The notes beneath the pieces are model-generated. The model was not told the origin of the DNA. It saw only the letters and a list, made by a program, of their open reading frames with translations, and did not search any database. A DNA stretch of 62,666 nucleotides, the filler included, from Pseudomonadota bacterium (GTDB lineage Bacteria > Pseudomonadota > Alphaproteobacteria > Paracaedibacterales > CAIOTO01): NCBI GenBank assembly GCA_040387495.1. It is 4 parts of 3 records of this genome, joined end to end, with 100 filler letters (N's around TTAATTAATTAA, not from the genome) between each part and the next. Parts side by side here need not be neighbours in the genome. Positions count along the whole stretch, not along the records: positions 1 to 21,288 come from JAZKDQ010000013.1; positions 21,389 to 49,100 come from JAZKDQ010000013.1; 2 more parts are not named here. The stretch is one strand, 5' to 3'. Of this stretch, positions 10,911 to 21,424 are shown one piece after another. The position numbers and the translations under genes are program-made. How positions within the stretch are numbered: position 1 is the stretch's first letter; every line of letters begins with the position of its first letter.

Positions 10911-11480
10911 CTATCGCGGCTGAGTCAGGCGTTTCTTTTCCTGCTTCTTAGCTGAATAAAGCGTTGCTTCAACTTGATGTTTAGTTGTTTGATTTATTGA
11001 AATTTCATATTGATCTTTTTCAAGATCAAACGATCCTTTATCACCTTTTACGTGGTTTTTACCTGAAATAATAGTCACATTTCCTGTGCAATTAATTTTT
11101 TTACCTTGGCTCTTACAATAATCAGCTGTCATGATGCGGTTTGGAAATGTCACTTGCACGTGACCTTTCGCCTCAAGCCATTCAATGTCTTGCCCAAAAG
11201 TATCTGTAGTGCCACTATTCTTGTTAACTGGAGTGTCTTTGTTGGCTTGCGTTGCGTTCTCGCACGCCTTTGCGCTGATTATTCTAGCTTGCAATTTTTT
11301 TAATGTTTTGTTCGCGCCCCAATCAGCTGTCGCCAAACCTGCACCACCATCAGCGACTGTAATGTTTTCTTTTGTATCATGACGCATTGTTTCGCCACGA
11401 ATAACCATATCACCTTCTGCGATAGCTGCAGTAATAGAAATACTCATAAAAAACAGGATAGAGCTTCTAGATATTCTCAT
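10911..11480 (-). CDS. lptA: LptA/OstA-like periplasmic LPS transport protein
   Basis: Signal peptide, beta-jellyroll-like repeats (EAKGHVQV, TGNVTI), and position between lptC and lptB. Confidence 0.7.
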   Translation of the reverse strand: MRISRSSILFFMSISITAAIAEGDMVIRGETMRHDTKENITVADGGAGLATADWGANKTLKKLQARIISAKACENATQANKDTPVNKNSGTTDTFGQDIEWLEAKGHVQVTFPNRIMTADYCKSQGKKINCTGNVTIISGKNHVKGDKGSFDLEKDQYEISINQTTKHQVEATLYSAKKQEKKRLTQPR

Positions 11481-11500
11481 AGCCCCTCAAATGAACTTAA

Positions 11501-12088
11501 CTAATGTGCACGAATTGTTAGCTCTGGATTACCTAAAAATACGATTTGATTTTCCCCTTCCATACGAAAGCCCTTGGCTTTTATATGAGCACGATCACTT
11601 GTGCCTTCGATAGGAGCGTTATTTTCAGCTGAACCATTAGCCATGCTAATGGTTGCCTTTGTGGTGTGTAATGTCAAGCCATTAGCATGCTTAAGTTGCA
11701 CATTTCCATTCAGTTCCATTTTTTTTGATGTTTTATCAAATGTACCCTGGTTTGCTTCTATATTGAGTTTCTCACCTTTTTTAAGGTCCACTTCTGCTCT
11801 TAGTTGATCAAAAACAACTTCTTTATCAGAAATTTCTGTACCACGTTCGGATTGAATCTGAAAAGGTTGGCCCTTTTGATTGTGACCACCATATTTTAGA
11901 TTGGATGCATAATTGAGACTAAGAGATGAAAAAGCATCTGAAATCACATACGTCCGCATGCCAACACCAAAAAAGACCAGCAAAAGAACTGAAAATCCAC
12001 AAAATGGCAAAATATATTTAAGATTTCTCTTAATCTTCAATCGATTTTTCATCAGAGGCTGATACATTCGCTTTTGCACTAAAATCAT
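11501..12088 (-). CDS. lptC: LPS export ABC transporter periplasmic protein LptC
   Basis: Single N-terminal TM helix, YGGHNQKGQPFQI, LNGNVQL. First gene of lptCAB. Start uncertain. Confidence 0.78.
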   Translation of the reverse strand: MILVQKRMYQPLMKNRLKIKRNLKYILPFCGFSVLLLVFFGVGMRTYVISDAFSSLSLNYASNLKYGGHNQKGQPFQIQSERGTEISDKEVVFDQLRAEVDLKKGEKLNIEANQGTFDKTSKKMELNGNVQLKHANGLTLHTTKATISMANGSAENNAPIEGTSDRAHIKAKGFRMEGENQIVFLGNPELTIRAH

Positions 12089-12104
12089 ATTAAATCGCTA
12101 ACTC

Positions 12105-12119
12105 TTAAGAAATGGTTAA
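12105..12119. promoter_or_regulatory. CtrA-box-like site upstream of lptC
   Basis: TTAA-GAAATGG-TTAA (TTAA-N7-TTAA). Confidence 0.4.
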
Positions 12120-12417
12120 TGCACAGATGAAACGCAGCGCACAGACTCTTAATTTGAATCGGTACGTATTTACCCTTCTACAGTATTAGTATTGTAAATG
12201 TCAAGTTAATGGCATCCATAAAATAAAAGAATTGCTCTCCTGCCTGCAAAATACATTTATAATATTGGTCATTGCATGATGCAATGTATGGCGAAAGATA
12301 AGCAAAAGCATCGCATTTTATCTATGCAAATCCGTCTTAGGCGACTTATCCTTGCATTTTCAACTTTTTTATTCTATTAAATAAGGATAACAATTTCATA
12401 AATTTAAGGTTTAAAAC

Positions 12418-12840
12418 ATGTCTGTTCAACAAACACTTTCCATTCTAAAGCCTGATGTAACACGTCGTAATCTCACTGGCAAAATCAATGCAAAAATCGA
12501 AGATGCTGGTCTTCGCATCGTTGCACAAAAGCGCCTATGGTTAACACGCGCGCAAGCAGAAGGCTTTTATGCTGTTCATGCAGAGCGTTCATTTTTCAGT
12601 GATTTGTGCGAATTCATGACAACAGGTCCAGTTGTTGCACAAGTACTTGAAGGCAGCGACGCTGTTGCTAAATACCGCGACATTATGGGTGCGACAAATC
12701 CAGCAAATGCAGCTGAAGGCACAATTCGCAAAGAATTTGCTGAATCTATTGAAGCAAACTCTGTTCATGGATCAGATTCTGCAGAAAATGCAGCATCAGA
12801 AATTTCATACTTCTTTAGCAGGACAGAAATTGTTGGCTAG
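12418..12840 (+). CDS. ndk: Nucleoside diphosphate kinase
   Basis: [30 protein letters not shown] active-site motif. Confidence 0.98.
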   Translation: MSVQQTLSILKPDVTRRNLTGKINAKIEDAGLRIVAQKRLWLTRAQAEGFYAVHAERSFFSDLCEFMTTGPVVAQVLEGSDAVAKYRDIMGATNPANAAEGTIRKEFAESIEANSVHGSDSAENAASEISYFFSRTEIVG

Positions 12841-13462
12841 ATTCCATTCTTACTTTTGGATCCCACAAGCATTAACAGGGCTTCGTCTTTTGGCGGGGCC
12901 TTTTGTGCTTTGGACTTTGCTTGCCAATCATACTACCTTATCATTTTGGCTTGTTTGTTTTGCTAGCTTGACCGACTGGCTTGATGGCGCTAGCGCGCGC
13001 TTCTTATCTATTGAAACTGAATTCGGCCGTACCTTTGACCCAATTGCCGATAAAGTTTTTATTATATGTGTTTGTGCAGGGCTTTTTGCTGCGGGAAAAT
13101 TACCCTTTTGGCTTATAAGTATTATTATATTTCGAGATTCTCTCATTTTACTTGGCGGTCTTTGGATCAAGAAGAAAAAAGTCCCATACACACTCAACCC
13201 AATAAGAATCAGTAAATATAATACAGGCCTACAAATGTCACTCGTTGGCTGGTTGCTCTTAGCCCCCCTACTCCCGCCCCTTAATTTTTATCCCCTCTTT
13301 TCTAGCGCGCTAATCTATGGCACACTGACAACAACACTTTTATCAGGCTTTGTTTATGCAAGGATCTTTATCCACTTTTATCGCGCAGCCAAATTTTTTA
13401 AGATGGCTCCTGGTGATCATTCTCATTGCACTGATGACTGTCGGCATACTTTACAGCCTTGA
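12833..13462 (+). CDS. CDP-alcohol phosphatidyltransferase (PgsA-like)
   Basis: IPQALTGLR and [10 protein letters not shown]...[11 protein letters not shown] signature. Probable TTG start at 12833 overlapping the ndk stop. The longer ORF-track start lies inside ndk. Confidence 0.85.
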   Translation: MARFHSYFWIPQALTGLRLLAGPFVLWTLLANHTTLSFWLVCFASLTDWLDGASARFLSIETEFGRTFDPIADKVFIICVCAGLFAAGKLPFWLISIIIFRDSLILLGGLWIKKKKVPYTLNPIRISKYNTGLQMSLVGWLLLAPLLPPLNFYPLFSSALIYGTLTTTLLSGFVYARIFIHFYRAAKFFKMAPGDHSHCTDDCRHTLQP

Positions 13463-14441
13463 TGGCATTGGTGAACCATTTTTCACTGCCTTCGTTGGTG
13501 CTTATCTTTTCAATAAAATTGCTCATCGCCTTGAACGCTATATGCCACGTAGTATTGCCTCTGGATTAATAATTTTAACATTCCTCATCACGCTTTTTTT
13601 TGTTAGCTCCATCGTATTACCCTATTTACAAAATGAGCTTATTTCCCTTGTAAAAGGCATCCCTAATTTTGCTGAACGCGTTATGGCTAAGATACAGCCA
13701 CTTTTATCATCTATGGGCGGAGATCCACTTACTGCGACTAATGTGCGCGGACAAGTTTCTACCTATTTAGGTGACATCGTTAAATGGGCAATGCACCTTA
13801 TAATGAATCTACTCAGCAATGGCATGCTACTTGCAAACATGCTTACCCTTGCTATTTTAACACCTGTTATCATGTTTTATATGCTACGTGACTGGCCCAA
13901 ACTTATTCATAATGTCAATCAACGTTTGCCTGATAACATAGCACCAACAGTGCGCCGAATTTTTAAACGCATTGACACAACATTAACCCATTACCTTATT
14001 GGCCAATCAACTGTTTGCTTAACTGTTGCTGTGCTATACATTGTTGGACTTTCCCTTACTGGAATTGAAAAATTCTGGTTTTTAGGAATAATGACGGGTG
14101 TTTTAACCTTTATACCCTACCTTGGCATGATCATTGGTTTATGTGCATCACTTAGTATTGCTTTCACAACGTTCGTAAGCTGGGGGCAAATTATCAGCAT
14201 CATACTTGTATTCTTTTCCGTATCATTGATCGAAGGAAACGTGCTGACCCCGCGGTTTGTTGGTGGGCGTATTGGTTTGCACCCTGTTTTTATTCTGTTT
14301 TCACTCCTTGCCGGCGGAACGTGGTTTGGTTTTTCAGGTATTTTGTTCGCAATTCCAACGGCAGCCATTATTGGTGTGTTGATTAGGGAAGCGCTGGGAC
14401 ACTCAACACGAAAAAATCCCTCAGCTAAAGATCTTATTTAA
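13356..14441 (+). CDS. AI-2E (PerM) family transporter
   Basis: Multi-TM protein with FYMLRDW, FIPYLG, EGNVLTPRFVGGRIGLHP, GILFAIP. Confidence 0.9.
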   Translation: MQGSLSTFIAQPNFLRWLLVIILIALMTVGILYSLDGIGEPFFTAFVGAYLFNKIAHRLERYMPRSIASGLIILTFLITLFFVSSIVLPYLQNELISLVKGIPNFAERVMAKIQPLLSSMGGDPLTATNVRGQVSTYLGDIVKWAMHLIMNLLSNGMLLANMLTLAILTPVIMFYMLRDWPKLIHNVNQRLPDNIAPTVRRIFKRIDTTLTHYLIGQSTVCLTVAVLYIVGLSLTGIEKFWFLGIMTGVLTFIPYLGMIIGLCASLSIAFTTFVSWGQIISIILVFFSVSLIEGNVLTPRFVGGRIGLHPVFILFSLLAGGTWFGFSGILFAIPTAAIIGVLIREALGHSTRKNPSAKDLI

Positions 14442-14603
14442 TAGTTATTTCTCTACACAGCCTATATTACTGCCTACGCATTAATTAAAATGCCCATGCA
14501 TGTTATTTAGGTTCTTCAAAAAAAAACTTGAAAATAAAATAATAATGCTTATATATAAATTATCCATTGCATTTAAAATCATATTCTTAAAGAAAAGCTG
14601 ATA

Positions 14604-15992
14604 ATGAAAATCAATCCTTATGATAAATGTGTAAACATATCCACAGCATTACTATGCGCCATCATTGCCAATTGCACTTATGCTAACTCTGAAAATGATA
14701 AAAACTCGCCAGAATCTGCTGTACCATTAATAAATTCAGACGTGATACATCCATTAAAAACTGAAAAAACATCTATGCGAACGATGGTCCATTTCTTAGA
14801 AACACATGAAATACCCTCTCGTTTATCGCTAATCCCAATCATACAAGAAATGCTCAAGCGGGCTATTGATCCACGTATTAATCTACGTTTAACAAAATAT
14901 CCTGAACATCCTTGCCCCCCTGTATATGACATTACATTTCCAAACGGGAAAAAAATGTTGGTTCTGGGAACAACCCACAATGTTCCTTTGGGATGCATGC
15001 TACCTTACAGGTTGGCGCATAAGATTATCAAGGCATCAGATTTTGTAATAAATGAAATTAATGGACAACTGTTACCTGGGGCGAGCTCTGAAATCACAGA
15101 AGCAGATGATGAAGTTAAAAATGATGAAAATCTTACCCCTTACATGACAGAAAGTCGCATACAAAAAATAAAACAAAGTGTGCGAGAATTTTACCTTGGC
15201 GAAGCACGCATAAAATACTATCTAAATCTAGATGGCAGTATAAACGAAGAAAATCTCCAAAAAGATGTTAATACACAAATGTCTAAAATCTTTGATTCAA
15301 ACAACTGTTGGTATGAAAAAGCAGGCATAATAGTCTCTGATGATAATGTAGACGCTGATTTTAGATCAACAAAAAATGGGCAAACAGCTTATCCAAAGAA
15401 ATTAAAAATAAAGGGTAAAATTTTCATCGTGCCTTCACGTAATGGTAAAGAACTACATCCCATAGCATTAGAATTCCTACTCAAGAGTTTTACGGATAGT
15501 TCATCCTATACAAGACCAATATGCGGTGGGATGGACGATCATTTAGATTACATGACATCAACATATGGAAAAACGCTCTATGCTTTTGAAGAAACTGCTG
15601 ACCGTTGCAAGGAATCTTGCAAACAAGAACTTATAGAAACAATAGATAAAGAATGTGAAATTGGTTTTTATTACTTTAAAGATGCTATCAAACAGCTGAC
15701 ATTGCGGCCAGATGAAGCACAAAAAAAATCTAAATCAATAACGTTTGAATCCGAATTTAACTATGATAATTTTTATTCCAACGAACTTCCTAAAGATAAT
15801 TCATTGAACCTTCTTGGAAGGAATGATATTTGGATTCAAAGAATAATTGCGTTAAATCAAACGGTGTTCAAATCTGCTTTTGCATATGTAGGAAATGGCC
15901 ATCTACATGATTTATTTGAAAAACTTACAAAGCTTGGCTTTACAGTGAGCGAGAGACTTTCACTCGCAGAATTAGAAGATAGATACAGTTAA
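14604..15992 (+). CDS. TraB/GumN (TIKI-like) family protein, probably secreted
   Basis: VLGTTH, GMDDHL, YAFEET, GRNDIWIQRI and AFAYVGNGHL motifs. Signal-like N-terminus. Confidence 0.7.
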   Translation: MKINPYDKCVNISTALLCAIIANCTYANSENDKNSPESAVPLINSDVIHPLKTEKTSMRTMVHFLETHEIPSRLSLIPIIQEMLKRAIDPRINLRLTKYPEHPCPPVYDITFPNGKKMLVLGTTHNVPLGCMLPYRLAHKIIKASDFVINEINGQLLPGASSEITEADDEVKNDENLTPYMTESRIQKIKQSVREFYLGEARIKYYLNLDGSINEENLQKDVNTQMSKIFDSNNCWYEKAGIIVSDDNVDADFRSTKNGQTAYPKKLKIKGKIFIVPSRNGKELHPIALEFLLKSFTDSSSYTRPICGGMDDHLDYMTSTYGKTLYAFEETADRCKESCKQELIETIDKECEIGFYYFKDAIKQLTLRPDEAQKKSKSITFESEFNYDNFYSNELPKDNSLNLLGRNDIWIQRIIALNQTVFKSAFAYVGNGHLHDLFEKLTKLGFTVSERLSLAELEDRYS

Positions 15993-16012
15993 GTGAGTGG
16001 GTTAGGATTTCT

Positions 16013-16050
16013 GAAGGGCTTTATGAACACCAATGTCATGAGCCCCCTTC
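16013..16050. terminator. Possible bidirectional hairpin between convergent genes
   Basis: Imperfect inverted repeat GAAGGGCTTTATGA...TCATGAGCCCCCTTC. Confidence 0.35.
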
Positions 16051-16054
16051 GTAT

Positions 16055-18052
16055 TTACAACGTCAGCTGAATTTCCTGGAGCTGCTTAAGCTCATCCCTA
16101 AGCTCAGCTGCTTTTTCGAAATCCAAGTCCCCAGCAGCTTTACGCATTTTCTTTTCCACATCCGCAATTTGTTTAGCAATTTTTGTGGTATCAAGGTGCA
16201 GCTGCAATACTTTTTCAGCTGACGCACCTTTACCATCCTTTTCCATTGATTGCTGCAAATCTTTACGAATAGATTGCGGTGTAATACCATGCGCTACGTT
16301 ATATTCAGTCTGTTTCTCACGACGACGATCCGTTTCTGCCAATGCACCTTCCATTGACTTTGTCATCTTATCAGCATACAAAATCACACGGCCATCGACA
16401 TTTCGCGCAGCACGCCCAATGGTTTGAATCAATGATGTTTTTGATCGCAAAAACCCTTCTTTATCAGCATCCAAAATCGCAACAAGCCCACACTCAGGAA
16501 TGTCTAGCCCTTCACGAAGCAAGTTAATCCCCACCAACACATCGTATGTTCCTTTACGTAATTGCTGAATGATCTGAATGCGCTCGAGCGTATCAATATC
16601 CGAATGCAAATAGCTCGTCTTAAGTCCCGCTTCATTTAAATAATCAGTCAAGGATTCGGCCATTCGTTTTGTAAGCGTCGTTACAAGAATACGATAGCCT
16701 TTTGCAACGGTTGCCTTACATTCATGAATCAAATCATCTACCTGATGCTCACACGGGTGAATTTCACATAATGGGTCAACAAGTCCTGTTGGACGAATCA
16801 ATTGTTCAATAAAAGCACCCTCAGTCTGGTTCAGCTCAAATGGCCCAGGAGTTGCTGATACAAACACTGTTTGCGGACGCATGGCTTCCCATTCCTCAAA
16901 CATCAACGGGCGATTATCTCTACAGGATGGCAGACGAAACCCATAATCAGACAAGGTTGTTTTGCGCGCTTTGTCTCCTTTATACATTGCGCCCAGCTGC
17001 GGTACAGCAACGTGACTCTCATCGATGACTAAAATAGCATTATTAGGCAGATATTCAAACAGCGTCGGTGGTGCAGTGCCAGGCGCCCTGCCCGTCAGAT
17101 ACCGTGAGTAATTTTCAATGCCCGCACACGAACCTGTGGCTGCCATCATTTCAAGATCAAACATGGTCCGTTGTTCAAGACGCTGCGCCTCGAGCAACTT
17201 ATTATCCGCGCGAAATTCTGCCAACCGTATGATAAGATCACTTTGAATTTGCTTAATCGCTTGTTGAATTGTACGACCAGGCGTTACATAGTGACTATTC
17301 GGATAAACAATAACGCGATCAAGTTTTTCAAAACGCTCGCCTGTCAGCGCATCGATTTCAACAATTTCTTCAAGATCATCACCAAAAAAACTGATCTTCC
17401 AGGCGCGTTCATCAAAGTGTGATGGGAAAATATCCAAAATATCACCACGCACCCGAAAGGTACCACGCACAAAAGCAATATCATTTCGCTTGTATTGAAG
17501 CTCAGTCAATCTCCGTAACAAACTCGTACGATCCATCGACATACCTGTGCGCAGCTCTAACACCATTTCGCTATACGTCTCGACACCGCCAATACCATAG
17601 ATACACGATACTGACGCAACGACAATCACATCGGATCGTTCAAGCAATGCGCGCGTGGCAGAATGACGCATGCGGTCGATCTGCTCATTAATGGCAGCCG
17701 TCTTTTCGATAAATGTGTCTGAGCGTGGCACATAGGCTTCTGGTTGATAATAATCATAATAAGACACGAAATATTCCACCGCGTTATGCGGGAAAAAACT
17801 TTGCATTTCGGCATATAGCTGTGCCGCTAATGTTTTATTCGGCGCCAAAATAATAGCTGGCCGCTGCACAGCCTGAATGACATTCGCCATCGTAAAGGTC
17901 TTACCCGACCCTGTAACGCCCAACAGAACTTGATTTTTCTCATTTTGGTTAAGACCATCAATAAGCGCAGCTATAGCAGCTGGCTGATCGCCAGCAGGTG
18001 CGAATGGAGATACAATTTGAAGTGGCTTATTAGAAATAGTTGGCGATGACAT
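16055..18052 (-). CDS. uvrB: Excinuclease ABC subunit B
   Basis: [40 protein letters not shown]-terminal UVR domain. Confidence 0.98.
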   Translation of the reverse strand: MSSPTISNKPLQIVSPFAPAGDQPAAIAALIDGLNQNEKNQVLLGVTGSGKTFTMANVIQAVQRPAIILAPNKTLAAQLYAEMQSFFPHNAVEYFVSYYDYYQPEAYVPRSDTFIEKTAAINEQIDRMRHSATRALLERSDVIVVASVSCIYGIGGVETYSEMVLELRTGMSMDRTSLLRRLTELQYKRNDIAFVRGTFRVRGDILDIFPSHFDERAWKISFFGDDLEEIVEIDALTGERFEKLDRVIVYPNSHYVTPGRTIQQAIKQIQSDLIIRLAEFRADNKLLEAQRLEQRTMFDLEMMAATGSCAGIENYSRYLTGRAPGTAPPTLFEYLPNNAILVIDESHVAVPQLGAMYKGDKARKTTLSDYGFRLPSCRDNRPLMFEEWEAMRPQTVFVSATPGPFELNQTEGAFIEQLIRPTGLVDPLCEIHPCEHQVDDLIHECKATVAKGYRILVTTLTKRMAESLTDYLNEAGLKTSYLHSDIDTLERIQIIQQLRKGTYDVLVGINLLREGLDIPECGLVAILDADKEGFLRSKTSLIQTIGRAARNVDGRVILYADKMTKSMEGALAETDRRREKQTEYNVAHGITPQSIRKDLQQSMEKDGKGASAEKVLQLHLDTTKIAKQIADVEKKMRKAAGDLDFEKAAELRDELKQLQEIQLTL

Positions 18053-18181
18053 GCAAAATCTTTTTTTAAGGTGTTGTTTGTGGTGTTGCTTAAGCTATGA
18101 CACAAAAGTGCAACTGTGCACAACGTGAAAAATAATAGCCTTATTTGAGATCACCCAACATAATGTGATGTCACAAAATCC

Positions 18182-19126
18182 TCATTTATAATGAGAGTAT
18201 CGAACCATTTGATTAGGGTTCATAAATAAGCGCATTTTATTTTTATTAATTGCACATCGATGAAACGCAACGTGTTCGCAATCCTCATCGATTGAATCAT
18301 ATTCACAATTTACAATACTTGCTTTTTTATAAATAGCCAGCCCACCAAAACACGAATGAACAGGCACCAAATTAGATCCTACAGGATATACTTTTTGAAT
18401 CTTCGGTAAAAGCTGATCCCAATAACCAGGAACGTGTGTATCGTGTGGGAATTCATCATTTCGAAAGGCAAATGCATCCCACATTTCACCCGTGTTTTTA
18501 AAGATCCCATTTGCACAAACACCATCCCAAGCATCTATTTTTGCAAATGAATCTTGGATGCCTCTTGCATCAATCCCAAACGACATATCCATATCAATAA
18601 ATAGAACTATATCAAAATCCTTGTACTGTTCTGACTGAAGAACTTTGATATATTTATTGCGGGCCATTGCCAAAAATTTATTACTGGGTCGTTTTTGTAT
18701 GGAATAATTCTCAGATAAAATATTAATTTTAGAGTTGCGTGTTTGCCACCCATTCAATATTTGTTTTGTGCCATCATCAGAATCATTTTCAAAAACAATC
18801 ACGCGGTAATCAGAAAAAAAACTACCAATATACTCGATTGTCTTCATTGTAACAGCTAGATCTGGCGCATTATTTCGCGTAATTCCAGCAATAATCACCT
18901 TATGTCTTTTCATTTCATCAATTCCTTTTGCAAGAATTGACTTATCAAGTGCATCTAAAAATATCAATCGTTCGAGCAAAGGATCATTAGAAGACGATAC
19001 ACCGGTCGACTCAACAACCATACCATTGATGTTAGATAGAGACTGTTGATCGGCTTTGACAGCTGTTTGCATGAAATTTAGTGTCACTAAAATTAGGAAC
19101 ATCAATAAAAAAGGAGAAAAATTCAT
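18182..19126 (-). CDS. Glycosyltransferase, GT-A fold, CAP59/GT69-like, with N-terminal signal/anchor
   Basis: VFENDSDDGT, LAMARN, DMD (DxD), VHSCFGGLAIY, CEHVAFH and FMNP motifs. Start taken at MNFSPF (19126). Confidence 0.65.
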   Translation of the reverse strand: MNFSPFLLMFLILVTLNFMQTAVKADQQSLSNINGMVVESTGVSSSNDPLLERLIFLDALDKSILAKGIDEMKRHKVIIAGITRNNAPDLAVTMKTIEYIGSFFSDYRVIVFENDSDDGTKQILNGWQTRNSKINILSENYSIQKRPSNKFLAMARNKYIKVLQSEQYKDFDIVLFIDMDMSFGIDARGIQDSFAKIDAWDGVCANGIFKNTGEMWDAFAFRNDEFPHDTHVPGYWDQLLPKIQKVYPVGSNLVPVHSCFGGLAIYKKASIVNCEYDSIDEDCEHVAFHRCAINKNKMRLFMNPNQMVRYSHYK

Positions 19127-19368
19127 AAATGACTTTTTAATAAAATTAAACCAGTGCAAAGCGCTAAGAACATATCTGATAATAAAAAACACTTATCTCA
19201 TTGTAAACAAAATTACATTACGTATCACGTTTAAGAACCCATTCTTTTAATCCATCAATGGATTTTTCTAAGAACTCACAAACCATTTTAAAGAATACAA
19301 AATATAGCTTTGCAGAATTAAAAAATTAATGTTAAATTCTATATATAGACCTTATTATTGATAACTTT

Positions 19369-20940
19369 ATGATAAAATATTTTTTCTACTGCGCACTCAC
19401 TTTATTGAGTGGAATTAATTTTGTCTCATCTGAAGCCATACAACAATCACAACCTATTGCGGGCCCTCCTGCTTCCCAAACACAACCTGCTATTTTACCT
19501 GCAACTGAAGCCCTTGCACAGTTTTTACATGAGGATAATAAAAAGCTCATAGCACCTTATTTTGACGAGAATTTTTATAAAGATAATTATAAAGAAGATC
19601 TTGATAAAACAGGCTTGACACCTATCGATCACTTTATCCAGCACGGTTGGCAAGGCGAGCGCAAAACACACCGCGATCCTAATGGCTGGTTTAATGTCAC
19701 ATTGTACAAGGAACGCTTGTGGCCATGTGAAGGTAATCCATTTGTTGATTTTTTAAAACAGCCTAAAGTTGACTTTGCGAAAACGGCCCCAACAGTTGAA
19801 ATTTTTATAAAGGATAGCAGCGAACTCTCTCGTGCATGGATGGCTACAGAAGCATTCCTTCGGTTAAAAACACATAAACCAATCGTACGTCTTTCACCAG
19901 CAAAATTTCACAACATTCCCGTTTGTTTTAAACCAATGATTGAACGTGGCCTTGACGTACAACTCAATAATAATGATGAATTGAGTTTTTATAAAAGCCC
20001 ATTCATACAAAACCCAACAGCGTTTGGTATTAACCCAGAAAAAGAAACATCTATAAAGGCGCCTGGCACACTTGAATGGAGACATGAACGATATTATTAC
20101 ACCCACACCGTAAGTAATAGAAAATTTTATTACATCATGCATAGATTGCCTATGTATACGAACTACACCGTCGAGGGTCGAATCAATCCTCTCGTTATCA
20201 ATATCGCATTTCATGAATCAGAACCGCTTCACTATTGTAGCTTTGCTAATACAGAAACTGATTATAAAGTCTTTTTAAAACGTATTTCAGAAGGATATGA
20301 TCTCGTCTTCACAGGCCTACCATTAGGTGTAAAAAATGAACGAATCATTCCAGGCCATTTAGTTGAAAATTGGGATAATTTTTCTGGGACTCAACTTGAA
20401 AAAAAGCCTTATGAACTTGGATACTTACTATCTTTAGGTGCAGTTGGGGACACAAACTATCTCAAAGATCCCTCACGTACGTACACTTCCCGTTTGAAAT
20501 TCTGGGAACGCGAGGCAGAAATCACCAACATCCCCCGTAAATTCTATGTTTCAAATCGAGCTATTGACAGTTATTCTGCACAATTCAAAAATCGGAAAAT
20601 GCCAGATGATTCAAAAAAATGGATTTTAGGGGGGCAATTTAACATAGCGATTGAAAATTGCAGACAACATAATTACATGACTGAGAAATTAACAAGTTGC
20701 TTTCTCACGCTCACCGTCCCCATTTATTTAGGCTGCCCTAATGTAACTGACTATTTTGATGCACGTGGCATGTTAATTGCTGAAAGCACAGATGATATTA
20801 TTCGCATCGCTAATTCTTTGACACCTCAAAAATACGCAGAAATGCTGCCATATCTTAAAAAAAACAAGGAAATAGCTGAAAACCTTATGAAGCTTAAGGG
20901 CAAATATCTTGATGATTTTTACCAAAAGAATATTATCTGA
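19369..20940 (+). CDS. Glycosyltransferase family 10 (alpha-1,3-fucosyltransferase-like) domain protein with signal peptide
   Basis: C-terminal FNIAIEN...NYMTEKL...TVPIYLG is the GT10 motif. N-terminal FDENFY...HFIQHGWQ...DPNGWF module is of a kind seen on bacterial glycosyltransferases. Confidence 0.75.
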   Translation: MIKYFFYCALTLLSGINFVSSEAIQQSQPIAGPPASQTQPAILPATEALAQFLHEDNKKLIAPYFDENFYKDNYKEDLDKTGLTPIDHFIQHGWQGERKTHRDPNGWFNVTLYKERLWPCEGNPFVDFLKQPKVDFAKTAPTVEIFIKDSSELSRAWMATEAFLRLKTHKPIVRLSPAKFHNIPVCFKPMIERGLDVQLNNNDELSFYKSPFIQNPTAFGINPEKETSIKAPGTLEWRHERYYYTHTVSNRKFYYIMHRLPMYTNYTVEGRINPLVINIAFHESEPLHYCSFANTETDYKVFLKRISEGYDLVFTGLPLGVKNERIIPGHLVENWDNFSGTQLEKKPYELGYLLSLGAVGDTNYLKDPSRTYTSRLKFWEREAEITNIPRKFYVSNRAIDSYSAQFKNRKMPDDSKKWILGGQFNIAIENCRQHNYMTEKLTSCFLTLTVPIYLGCPNVTDYFDARGMLIAESTDDIIRIANSLTPQKYAEMLPYLKKNKEIAENLMKLKGKYLDDFYQKNII

Positions 20941-20964
20941 TGCATGAAGTAGTAATAAAGAAAC

Positions 20965-20986
20965 GTGTCTTGCCCGGGCTAAACCC
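20965..20986. repeat. Partial copy of REP-like palindromic element
   Basis: GTGTCTTGCCCGGGCTAAACCC matches the reverse complement of 52697-52718 at 19/22 positions. Confidence 0.45.
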
Positions 20987-21014
20987 CAGCATTCGCGAGG
21001 ATAACAAGAAGAAG

Positions 21015-21288
21015 ATATAGGCAACGAATTATCCTCAGGATTTCGGCAATCAGGAAAGGATGCATGCATGTGCGCACTTTTCCACGATCCATCTTCTTAC
21101 TCAACGATGATGGTGCCTGTTAAATCTTCAAAATCATACGTCCTGCCAGCAAAAACCATCGTAGTTTCACACATGGCTGCTGTCCATAATGCATTTTACG
21201 GCATTGAGGTAAATGAAACCACAGGAATCTCTCCGATATCAGCTGTACCTTTTTAAGTATTATACATATCAGAAATGCTATCCATTCC
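21015..21288 (-). pseudogene. SnoaL/NTF2-like protein pseudogene fragment (runs into contig end)
   Basis: Minus-strand frame reads GMDSISDMYNT*KGTADIGEIPVVSFTSMP*NALWTAAMCETTMVFAGRTYDFEDLTGTIIVE*EDGSWKSAHMHASFPDCRNPEDNSLP. It has an NTF2-type WK..HMHAS C-terminus and three in-frame stops. Confidence 0.6.
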
Positions 21289-21388
21289 NNNNNNNNNNNN
21301 NNNNNNNNNNNNNNNNNNNNNNNNNNNNNNNNTTAATTAATTAANNNNNNNNNNNNNNNNNNNNNNNNNNNNNNNNNNNNNNNNNNNN
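21289..21388. other. Artificial contig-joining linker
   Basis: N44-TTAATTAATTAA-N44, with stops in all six frames. Confidence 0.97.
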
Positions 21389-21424
21389 ATACTGACAGCG
21401 CATCTCTAATAGACTAAAGATTTT

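Noticed and set aside
12270..12286. Perfect palindrome CATTGCA-TGA-TGCAATG upstream of ndk
   Set aside because: Single occurrence, and I cannot assign a regulator with confidence.
12632..12832. Long N-terminal extension of the PgsA-like ORF
   Set aside because: Lies within ndk in another frame. Family similarity starts only after 12833.
21289..21388. TTAATTAATTAA motif repeated three times in the window within N-runs
   Set aside because: Artificial six-frame-stop linker between contigs, not biological. It also supplies the false stop of the vgrG ORF.
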